NCBI GenBank assembly: GCA_015066115.1
Contig: SVOZ01000002.1
Span: 6,246 to 70,245 of the forward strand
Direction of reading: 5' to 3'
Source of the DNA: Oscillospiraceae bacterium
Lineage (GTDB): Bacteria > Bacillota > Clostridia > Oscillospirales > Ruminococcaceae
DNA length: 64,000 nt
In this document: positions 37,575 to 45,033 of the stretch, in pieces
Position numbering within the stretch: the first letter of the stretch is position 1
How the letters are laid out: each line of letters begins with the position of its first letter
Position numbers and translations under genes: made by a program
Notes under the pieces: model-generated
Database searches by the model: none
Seen by the model: the letters and a program-made list of their open reading frames with translations, nothing else
What the model was told of the DNA's origin: nothing

Positions 37575-38859
37575 ATAGGTAATCAAATGGAATGGGATTT
37601 AACTCCTGTTCAAGCAAAACTAAATTTTGGTTATTGCGGCGGTTTAGGTTCCAATAAAGTGCGCCTCGCAGTGAATACTTTTCTACAAGCTCAAGCCTTG
37701 CAGAAAGTGAACGCACATCCTCAAACCAAACCGTGTGTGCCCTGCCTAGTTCATCTGTATAATCAAAAAACGGCGCCTGTGCATTTTCATCATAAAAAAT
37801 CTCAGCATTGTTTCTTGCGGCAAGGGCAAAAGCCTGCGCTGTTGAAAGCGAGGTGGCGCGCGACTGCCCCTTTACATAGGGCAGAACAAAATCATATCCG
37901 TAGTTCGAAATTCCGAGGAACAATTTTGATGGGTCTATCTGGGTTATGGCGTACTGTATGACCCTTTCAACCTGCGGCAAAGGCGAAATTGCAAGCGGCG
38001 GCCCATAGGTGTAGCCCCACTCATAAGTCATTAGAAGAAGGGCATCCGCCGCCTGCCCCAACTGCGCATAATCGTGTCCCTCATACAAAAGACCGCGCTG
38101 GGTACCGCTGACCTTTGGAGCAAGAGCCGCCATAACAGGAACTGTAAGCGGCGCAAGACGGTCACGCACCTTTGATACAAATTGCGCATAAAGAGCTGCA
38201 TTCTGAAGCCCTAAAAACTCAAAATCAACATCAAGGGCGCGGTAGCCCTTGCTTTGAATGTTAGTTATAACATTCTCAATAAGAGAATTCTGAAGATTTT
38301 CATCAGCAAAAAGCCTTTCGGCAAGCTCGGTTGAAAAAACGTCGTTTTCGGTGAGTGTAGAAAGGTGCATTATCGGATAGGTGCCGTAAACCGAGGCGCG
38401 CGACAAAAGAAAGCTGTCGTTAAGCTGTACAAGCGTTCCATCGGGGCGAAAACCATAGGTAAATGGGATAAGCGCGCCCATAAGAGGCAGGGTTCTGTTT
38501 AAAACGAGTGGATCAATAAATGGATAGGCATAGCCGCCAACCTTAAAGCTAAAGCGCGGTGTGCGCTCTGTGTTTATATAAAGAAGCTGGTTTGGGAAAA
38601 CGGTGTCCTGCCCGTTTAAAAAGAGATTTCTTTTCCACAGGTCATAAATCGGGGTGTTATACATTTGTGAGATGCTATTAAGGGTTTCGCCTCTGCGCAC
38701 TGTGTGGGTTTGGGTTGGAGTTACAACAGCGAGCGGAGTTCCAACCGCGATATTTTCAAATTCAATATCGTTATTAAAGGCAAGAATTTCGGCATCCACG
38801 CCGTAAAGGCGGGCAATCGAAAGCAGGGTCTGCCCCTTTTCTACTATATGTATCTGCAT
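37573..38859 (-). CDS. YaaH/SleL-like spore peptidoglycan hydrolase (2 LysM domains plus a GH18 domain)
   Basis: Two LysM repeats (HIVEKGQTLLSIARLYGV; HTVRRGETLNSISQMYNT) followed by a GH18-like domain (ALDVDFE). I set the start at the ATG at 38859, after GGAGGGG. The upstream sequence CATATATA resembles a mother-cell-type -10 element, which is only weak evidence. Confidence 0.75.
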   Translation of the reverse strand: MQIHIVEKGQTLLSIARLYGVDAEILAFNNDIEFENIAVGTPLAVVTPTQTHTVRRGETLNSISQMYNTPIYDLWKRNLFLNGQDTVFPNQLLYINTERTPRFSFKVGGYAYPFIDPLVLNRTLPLMGALIPFTYGFRPDGTLVQLNDSFLLSRASVYGTYPIMHLSTLTENDVFSTELAERLFADENLQNSLIENVITNIQSKGYRALDVDFEFLGLQNAALYAQFVSKVRDRLAPLTVPVMAALAPKVSGTQRGLLYEGHDYAQLGQAADALLLMTYEWGYTYGPPLAISPLPQVERVIQYAITQIDPSKLFLGISNYGYDFVLPYVKGQSRATSLSTAQAFALAARNNAEIFYDENAQAPFFDYTDELGRAHTVWFEDVRSLSARLELVEKYSLRGALYWNLNRRNNQNLVLLEQELNPIPFDYL

Positions 38860-38921
38860 ATATATCCCCTCCATAGCAGATATATATGCCTTTAAAAAAA
38901 GGAAAATGCCTGCGCTCTTCG

Positions 38922-38950
38922 TTGACAGCAGACCTCTAAAATATTATAAT
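38922..38950 (+). promoter_or_regulatory. SigA-type promoter of the rsmE operon
   Basis: TTGACA (38922-38927), 17-nt spacer, TATAAT (38945-38950). Confidence 0.7.
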
Positions 38951-38972
38951 AACCTAAAAGGACGGTGTAAAA

Positions 38973-39725
38973 ATGTATAATTTTTTTGTTGACGAGCAAA
39001 AAAGGCAGGGTCAGCAGTTTCTGATAGACGGCTCTGACTACAACCACATAAAAAATGTTCTCAGAATGCGCGAGGGCGAAAAGCTTTTTGTAAACTGCTC
39101 GGGCGCAAGCTTTTTATGCCGTCTTGAAGAATTTAAAGACGGAGCGGCAATTTGCACCATTTTAGAGGAAAACGCGCTTGACACCGCTCTTCCGATAAAA
39201 ATTTATCTTTTTCAAGGTCTTCCCAAGAGCGACAAGACGGAGCTTATTATTCAAAAAGCGGTTGAGCTTGGCGCATTTAAAATCGTTCCCACAGAAATGA
39301 GTCGCTGTGTTGTAAGGCTCGATGACAAGAAAAAGAGAAGCAAGAAGGAGCGCTGGCAAAGCATAGCCGAGAGCGCCGCAAAGCAGTGCAAACTAAATTA
39401 CATTCCTGAGGTTTGTGATGTTTTGAGCTTTGACAAAGCTTTAGAGCTCGCAAAAACGCTTGACCTTGTTTTAGTTCCCTACGAAAGCAAAAACGGAATG
39501 CAGGACACAAAGAGCGCGCTTTCCCTCATAAAAAGCGGAATGTCTATAGGAATTTTTATAGGCAGTGAGGGCGGATTTGAGCCTTCTGAAATAGAAAACC
39601 TTGAAAAAATTGGAGCTAAGGTTGTCTCGCTTGGAAAAAGAATACTTAGAACCGAAACTGCCGCTATAACTGCACTTTCGATGTGTATGCTTTATGCAGA
39701 AATGAATTTAAACGGAGAAGAATGA
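38973..39725 (+). CDS. rsmE: 16S rRNA (uracil1498-N3)-methyltransferase
   Basis: 250 aa with a PUA-like N-terminus and the C-terminal SPOUT motif LGKRILRTETAA. Confidence 0.85.
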   Translation: MYNFFVDEQKRQGQQFLIDGSDYNHIKNVLRMREGEKLFVNCSGASFLCRLEEFKDGAAICTILEENALDTALPIKIYLFQGLPKSDKTELIIQKAVELGAFKIVPTEMSRCVVRLDDKKKRSKKERWQSIAESAAKQCKLNYIPEVCDVLSFDKALELAKTLDLVLVPYESKNGMQDTKSALSLIKSGMSIGIFIGSEGGFEPSEIENLEKIGAKVVSLGKRILRTETAAITALSMCMLYAEMNLNGEE

Positions 39726-41080
39726 TGAAAAACCTTCCCACAGAGTTTACAGAGCGTATGCGCACGCTTTTAAAGGACGAATATCCGCTTTACGAAAATG
39801 CGGTAAACGGCGAGAGCGTGCGCGCTTTTAGAGTTAACACCGATAAAATTTCACTAAAAGATTTTGAGAAAATTGACTGCTTTAATGGCGAAAAAATCCC
39901 TTATGTAAGCGGCGGATTCTATTTTGATTACGACAAGATAGGAAACCACCCCTTTCACCACGCCGGAATGATCTATGTTCAGGAGCCGGCGGCAATGGCG
40001 CCTGCCGAATGCCTTGACATAGAGCCTGACTGGAAGGTTTTAGATATGTGCGCGGCGCCGGGTGGAAAAAGCAGTCAGATTAAAAACAAGCTCGGCCAAA
40101 ACGGGCTTCTTGTTTCAAACGAGATCATTCCGTCGCGCTGCAAAATTTTAACGGGCAATATCGAGCGCTTAGGCCTTGAAAACTGCGTTGTTACCTGCAT
40201 GGACACTAAGAGGCTTGCAAAAACCTTTCCAAAAACCTTTGATATGGTTATGGTCGACGCGCCCTGCTCAGGTGAGGGAATGTTTCGAAAGGATGACACC
40301 GCAATAAGTGAGTGGTCGCCGCAGAATGTTGAGGCCTGCGCCAAGCGTCAGGCTGAGATACTTGAAAACGCCGCTCTCTGTCTTAAAGGCGGCGGATACA
40401 TAATCTATGCCACCTGCACCTTTTCGCTTGAAGAAAACGAGATGGTGATAGACTCATTTTTGCAAGCTCACAGCGAATTTGAGCTTGTGCCGGTAAAGCA
40501 GGCGGTAAGAGAAAACAGCTCTGACGGGGTTTTCTTTGAGGGATGCAAAACAGAGAATATTCACCACGCCCGCAGGTTTTATCCACACAAAGCAAGGGGC
40601 GAGGGTCAGTTTGCGGCGGTGTTAAAAAATAGGTGCGAGCCGTTGCCACAAGGAAAAAGCCGCGCTCAAACAAACGACAAAATCGACAAGGCGGTTTATG
40701 ATTTTCTTGACGATGTGCTTATAAGCTACGACAGACAAAAGGTGCGTCTTTACGGCGACACCCCTGTTTACTTTGCTCCCGACATTGAGATAAAGCGCGG
40801 CAGCGCATTTTGTTGCGGCGTGACTATTGGTGAAATTCGCAAAAACTACATTCAGCCGCACCACCAGCTTTTTATGGCGCTGGGCAAGAATTTCAAGCGA
40901 AAAATCGAGCTTGCTCCCGACAGCGATGTCCTTAATCGCTATCTTCACGGCGAGGAGTTTGACACAGACTGCCAAAACGGTTGGGCAGTCGTTACCGTTT
41001 GCGGATGCGCCTTAGGCGGCGTCAAGGTTAGCGGCGGCAGGGCAAAAAATCACTATCCAAAGGGGCTCAGACTAAAATGA
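39722..41080 (+). CDS. RsmB/RsmF (NOL1/NOP2/Sun) family RNA m5C methyltransferase
   Basis: LDMCAAPGGKS, DAPCSGEGMFRK and YATCT motifs. The ATG at 39722 overlaps the rsmE stop (ATGA). The ORF track starts at 39683. Confidence 0.85.
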   Translation: MMKNLPTEFTERMRTLLKDEYPLYENAVNGESVRAFRVNTDKISLKDFEKIDCFNGEKIPYVSGGFYFDYDKIGNHPFHHAGMIYVQEPAAMAPAECLDIEPDWKVLDMCAAPGGKSSQIKNKLGQNGLLVSNEIIPSRCKILTGNIERLGLENCVVTCMDTKRLAKTFPKTFDMVMVDAPCSGEGMFRKDDTAISEWSPQNVEACAKRQAEILENAALCLKGGGYIIYATCTFSLEENEMVIDSFLQAHSEFELVPVKQAVRENSSDGVFFEGCKTENIHHARRFYPHKARGEGQFAAVLKNRCEPLPQGKSRAQTNDKIDKAVYDFLDDVLISYDRQKVRLYGDTPVYFAPDIEIKRGSAFCCGVTIGEIRKNYIQPHHQLFMALGKNFKRKIELAPDSDVLNRYLHGEEFDTDCQNGWAVVTVCGCALGGVKVSGGRAKNHYPKGLRLK

Positions 41081-41164
41081 AAAAGGTAATGTGTGTTTTA
41101 TAATACCCATTGATTTTAAGTACAAATGCAATGTTGCATCTGAGAAAACGTCTGCTCGCTATAG

Positions 41165-41214
41165 CCTCCCTCTGACGAGGGAGGTGGCAAAACGAAGTTT
41201 TGACGGAGGGAGAG
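41165..41214. repeat. Left structured inverted repeat flanking the DUF559 gene
   Basis: CCTCCCTC-TGAC-GAGGGAGG hairpin, then a CAAAAC-GAA-GTTTTG hairpin, then GGAGGGAGAG. The last segment also supplies the Shine-Dalgarno sequence of the DUF559 ORF. Confidence 0.8.
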
Positions 41215-41218
41215 AAAA

Positions 41219-41638
41219 ATGAAAGAATACAGTAGGTTAAATATTCCCCTTGCCAAAACCTTGCGAAAAAACATGACACCATGGGAAAGAAAACTATGGT
41301 ATAATTTTTTAAGAAGCTATCCTATACGATTTCAAAGGCAAAAAGCCATTGGGAACTATATAGCTGATTTTTACTGTGCAAAAGCACGGATTATTATTGA
41401 GCTTGACGGTGGTGGACATTATAATAAAGAACAAATTAGTAAAGATAATATAAGAACAAAAGAATTAGAAAATATGAATTTGTCAGTTTTAAGAATTTGT
41501 AACTTGGATATTGATAGAAATTTTTATGGTGTTTGCGAATGTATAGATCTGGCTGTTAAAAATTCTCTCCCTCAGTCAGCTTCGCTGACAGCTCCCTCGT
41601 CAGAGGGAGCCAAAGATATATCCATCAAAAAGGAGTAA
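41219..41638 (+). CDS. DUF559 (Vsr-like endonuclease fold) domain protein
   Basis: 139 aa. RKNMTPWERKLWYNFLR...RFQRQKAIGNYIADFYC...IIELDGGGH is typical of DUF559. Hand counts of two 60-nt lines give about 22-33 percent G+C. The last roughly 25 codons are encoded by the right repeat. Confidence 0.8.
   Translation: MKEYSRLNIPLAKTLRKNMTPWERKLWYNFLRSYPIRFQRQKAIGNYIADFYCAKARIIIELDGGGHYNKEQISKDNIRTKELENMNLSVLRICNLDIDRNFYGVCECIDLAVKNSLPQSASLTAPSSEGAKDISIKKE
41565..41610. repeat. Right structured inverted repeat (inside the 3' end of the DUF559 ORF)
   Basis: Its reverse complement, GCTCCCTCTGACGAGGGAGCTGTCAGCGAAGCTGACTGAGGGAGAG, aligns with the left repeat. The first 20 nt match at 18 positions, and the 2 changes compensate each other in the stem. 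The second hairpin keeps its GAA loop, and the terminal GAGGGAGAG is shared. Confidence 0.8.
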
Positions 41639-41642
41639 AATA

Positions 41643-42095
41643 ATGACAAAAATACTTTTTTTGTGTCACGGCAATATTTGCAGGTCGCCAATTGCAGAGT
41701 TTGTTTTTAAGGATATGGCTAAGGGATATGATGTTTATGCCGAGTCAAAGGCGGTGTCGCGAGAGGAGATCGGAAACGACATTTACCCGCCCGCAAAAGA
41801 GGTTTTAAGGCGGCACTCTGTTCCCTTTTCCCATCACGCCGCCAGGCAGGTAACGCGACAGGATTACGAGGATTTTGACTATATTATCATAATGGAAAGC
41901 TACAATATGCCGCGGCTTTTACGTATCATCGGCGAGGATGACGAGAACAAGGTTTTCAGGCTTTTGGATTTTACAGACAGACCAAGGGACATTGAGGATC
42001 CTTGGCACAGCGGCAATTTCGAAAAGGTTTTCAGCGAAATTCAGGAAGGCTGCTCGGCTCTTTTAGAGCATTTGAAAGAGAATAAAGAGATCTAG
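41643..42095 (+). CDS. Low-molecular-weight protein-tyrosine phosphatase
   Basis: 150 aa with the CX5R(S) P-loop LCHGNICRSP near the N-terminus and a DP general-acid motif (EDPWH). RBS AAGGAG. Confidence 0.9.
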   Translation: MTKILFLCHGNICRSPIAEFVFKDMAKGYDVYAESKAVSREEIGNDIYPPAKEVLRRHSVPFSHHAARQVTRQDYEDFDYIIIMESYNMPRLLRIIGEDDENKVFRLLDFTDRPRDIEDPWHSGNFEKVFSEIQEGCSALLEHLKENKEI

Positions 42096-42096
42096 T

Positions 42097-42134
42097 AAAA
42101 AAAGGTCAGATTCAAAATGAATCTGACCTTTTTT
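42097..42134 (+). terminator. Rho-independent terminator after the phosphatase gene
   Basis: GGTCAGATTC / GAATCTGACC stem with loop AAAAT, followed by T6. Confidence 0.85.
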
Positions 42135-42171
42135 CTATCAGCCTATTAATTAGTACAGCATTTTCAGGTTT

Positions 42172-42283
42172 CTTCTTGAGGAGAAGCTGTCAGTGCAGCT
42201 GACTGATGAGGTGAAAAACAAGCATTTTATAAAATTCACCTCATCCACCGCTTTCGCGGTCCCCCTTCCCCTCAAGGGGAAGG
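42172..42283. repeat. Empty (cargo-less) copy of the palindromic element that flanks the DUF559 gene
   Basis: The left arm is CTTCT-TGAGG-AGAAG, then CTGTCAGTGCAGCTGACTGA, then TGAGGTG. Its middle segment matches the DUF559 right repeat at 18 of 20 positions. The right arm is the inverted counterpart: CACCTCA, then ACCGC-TTTC-GCGGT, then CCTTCCCCT-CAA-GGGGAAGG. About 23 nt of AT-rich sequence separates the arms. Confidence 0.7.
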
Positions 42284-42322
42284 CTTATAATTTGTAATTG
42301 TGATACTCGGTAAATTTTCAGT

Positions 42323-44167
42323 TTACTGCTTTTTATTTTTGCGGGTAAAAAGCTTGCCTACATTTTTTGCCTTTGACTGAGCCTTTTCTATAAAGCCCTC
42401 GGCAAAAGCGAGCTGATTTGGGTTTTTCTTGTACATCATATACATCACAACGCCGACGACAACCGAGATAAAGACAAGCAGGCCTATAACAATCAGAAAA
42501 ATTTCCACAAAGGTAAAGCCGCCGAGCCTTCTTACTCCCGTTGAAACATACTCGATCTTTTCAAGGCGAGCAATAGCACCAAACGGGTCGCTTGCCTCTG
42601 TGGGAATAATTATGTCGTCAACGCTTTCATTAGGAACATTTATTCCAATGACATATTTTGTGTTTTTATTTATCGACGAAACATAAAAGCGAGCATTTGC
42701 ATTGGCATCAACGACCGACGCCTGAAGCCTTTTAGGCTTGCCGCCCTCAAGCTGATATAAAAACGCATTTGAGTTGGCCGCCGAATCGGGAAGCTTTATA
42801 ACTACATTTGTTTTTATGCTTGAAGACTCTTTAAATGTTACCTGATAGCCGTTTTCTGTGCCGAGCTTTTTGTTTGTTTTGTCAGTAGACTCGGAAACGG
42901 TGTATGTAACGCCGGTGTCTTTTTTTACCTCGTCAAATTTAAGTTCACTGCAATCAATAAACCAAATGCTTCCGCTTGCGTCAACGACCTCAACCGTCAT
43001 TTTTCTGCCTGCAAGCTCCTGTAAAAAAAGCTTGTTTACGGTGTAGGTGTTTTTAAGATAAAGGGTAAGCCTTATTTCATCAAGCTGACCATCTAAGGAA
43101 TGGCTGTCGTTGATTTTAGAAAGAGCCTCTCTCAGCTCAATTATTGCCTTTCCCCAGCTTTGCTCTCCCTCAATCGTAAGGATGATGTGAACGCTATAGT
43201 AGGGGTGGCTGTTTTGCTCGTTTTTTGTCGTAACCGATGTTGAAAGGGTGATGTCCTCATCTGATTTGACTGTGCTGTTAGTCTGCGAGATAAGAGCGCC
43301 GTTTTTGTCTGTCTCGATATCGGAGGTTCGGGTTTCCTCATCAAGTTCTCCCGCTCCGACATAACCGCCGTTTTTAAGCTCGGGAACGTCCTCAGAGATC
43401 TGATTTCTAATGGACTTTACGGTATCCTTACCTCCCGAATGATAAACGGTGTACAGGTCATTACAACGCCTGAATGCGTAGGTTTCGATTTCTGTTACAG
43501 TTTCGGGCAGTTTTATCTGCGCAAGGCTTGAGCATCCGTAAAAGCACCATTCGGGAATGGCGGTTATCTCAGCGTTTATCTCAACCCTTAAAAGACTCTC
43601 GCAATAGGCAAATGCCTCTTTGCCGATGCTTTTAACGCTCTGCGGCACTGTAATACTTACAATGCTGCGGCAGAGGTAAAACGCCTTATCCGAGATTTTT
43701 TCAAGGCCATCGGGCAGAGATAGAGCCTCAAGCTTTTGGCAGTTATAAAAGGCGGCGCGCCCGATGGTTTTAAGGCTGTTTGAGAGGTCGACAAGGCGAA
43801 GGGATGTGCAGTTATAAAACGCCTTGTCGTAAATTATCTCAACTTTATCGGGGATAGAGATGGCTTTAAGCGAGGTGCAGTTATAAAAAGCAAGCGTGCC
43901 TACAGACTCAAGCTTTTCGGGCAAAACAACCGCTGTTATCTCATCGCTAAAGCTGCTCCACGGCGCTTTATTTGCCTCGCTGTAATTTTGCATTTTGCCC
44001 TTACCGCTTATGGTAAGGGTTCCCGCTGAATAGGACCATTTTAGGTTTTCGCCGCACTTTCCGCTCTCGGCGGCAAAGGCTTTAAAGCCCAAAAGCGCCG
44101 ACAAAGCTACTGAAATTGCGACAAGGCAAAAGGCCGCCCGCGCGATATTTAGTTTTTTCATTTGCAT
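42323..44167 (-). CDS. BspA-type leucine-rich-repeat surface protein with a signal peptide and a C-terminal TM anchor
   Basis: 614 aa with a signal peptide (AISVALSALLGFKAFA) and repeated units of the form xxIGxxAFYNCTSLxxIxIP (LRR_5/BspA type). A C-terminal hydrophobic helix is followed by a basic tail. RBS AAAGGAGG. Confidence 0.8.
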   Translation of the reverse strand: MQMKKLNIARAAFCLVAISVALSALLGFKAFAAESGKCGENLKWSYSAGTLTISGKGKMQNYSEANKAPWSSFSDEITAVVLPEKLESVGTLAFYNCTSLKAISIPDKVEIIYDKAFYNCTSLRLVDLSNSLKTIGRAAFYNCQKLEALSLPDGLEKISDKAFYLCRSIVSITVPQSVKSIGKEAFAYCESLLRVEINAEITAIPEWCFYGCSSLAQIKLPETVTEIETYAFRRCNDLYTVYHSGGKDTVKSIRNQISEDVPELKNGGYVGAGELDEETRTSDIETDKNGALISQTNSTVKSDEDITLSTSVTTKNEQNSHPYYSVHIILTIEGEQSWGKAIIELREALSKINDSHSLDGQLDEIRLTLYLKNTYTVNKLFLQELAGRKMTVEVVDASGSIWFIDCSELKFDEVKKDTGVTYTVSESTDKTNKKLGTENGYQVTFKESSSIKTNVVIKLPDSAANSNAFLYQLEGGKPKRLQASVVDANANARFYVSSINKNTKYVIGINVPNESVDDIIIPTEASDPFGAIARLEKIEYVSTGVRRLGGFTFVEIFLIVIGLLVFISVVVGVVMYMMYKKNPNQLAFAEGFIEKAQSKAKNVGKLFTRKNKKQ

Positions 44168-44180
44168 AGGGGCCTCCTTT

Positions 44181-44945
44181 TTAAGCTATTTTTTCCTCGC
44201 TCTTTTTCTTTCTCTCAATAACAAAAATCGCAATAACACCAACCAAAGACATAAAAATACAGTGAAATGAAATGGTTGACATTCCTAATAGCAACTTTTC
44301 ATTATTCATAAAGAAATCAGTTACAAACCGTGTTGTCCCAAATAAAATAAGCATAATTGGAAACTGTTTTGCGTCAGATACATAGTTTTTACTCTTTGTT
44401 CGATAAACTAGATACCATGTTATTACAAGCATAATTGCTACATTAATAATTTGGATTGGAAACACCGTAGTTTGCTCTGATGGTGAATACACTCCCCAAA
44501 CACAAGGATACCCAAAACAACACCCAGTAAAAAAACATCCAATAGAACAAATTGCATAATTTAGCAAATTTGCCGCTGCCAAAAGGTCTGCCGTAACTCT
44601 CCAAGGCACTCTTATAATCTTAGCTACTAGCAATGCAACAAGGGCAATCATCACAAATGTTTTCAGTTGAGCATTCACAAGGGTTTGAATCCCTAAAACA
44701 TGATATGTTGCTGCATATGTTGATCCAATTCTTGCTAACTCGGTCAGAAGAAAATCAAGGGGATATGCAATTAACAAAAAAATAAATATCTTAACTTCAG
44801 AAAGACCTATTTTTCTTCCATACCAAATAGAAAAAATTACCGCCGCTATAGCCGCAATCGCAATACAAACCGTTCGCATTGTATCAGAAAGCCCCGCCCT
44901 ATTAAACCATATAATAATGCTATTAATCCACTCCAAAAAAAACAC
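44181..44945 (-). CDS. Polytopic membrane protein, divergent Lgt (prolipoprotein diacylglyceryl transferase)-like
   Basis: About seven hydrophobic helices. The motif SIGCFFTGCCFGYP followed by FPIQIIN resembles the Lgt motif GR(I/L)GCFLxGCCYG...PTQLYE. The start is GTG. The gene is markedly AT-rich: hand counts of two 60-nt lines give about 27 and 37 percent G+C, against about 57 percent in a line of the adjacent LRR gene. Confidence 0.45.
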   Translation of the reverse strand: MFFLEWINSIIIWFNRAGLSDTMRTVCIAIAAIAAVIFSIWYGRKIGLSEVKIFIFLLIAYPLDFLLTELARIGSTYAATYHVLGIQTLVNAQLKTFVMIALVALLVAKIIRVPWRVTADLLAAANLLNYAICSIGCFFTGCCFGYPCVWGVYSPSEQTTVFPIQIINVAIMLVITWYLVYRTKSKNYVSDAKQFPIMLILFGTTRFVTDFFMNNEKLLLGMSTISFHCIFMSLVGVIAIFVIERKKKSEEKIA

Positions 44946-45033
44946 CTTCGTGATATGAGAAGTTTTGAAACCTAGTCAAATATTTATTAAACGGCTAGGT
45001 CCCAAACCTCTCACTTAATATTAGCTTATTAAA

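Noticed and set aside
44946-45033. Possible terminator between the giant gene and the Lgt-like gene
   Set aside because: There is only a weak imperfect repeat (ACCTAGTC / GGCTAGGT, about 44970-45003) with a long AT loop and no U-tract. That is not enough to call a terminator.
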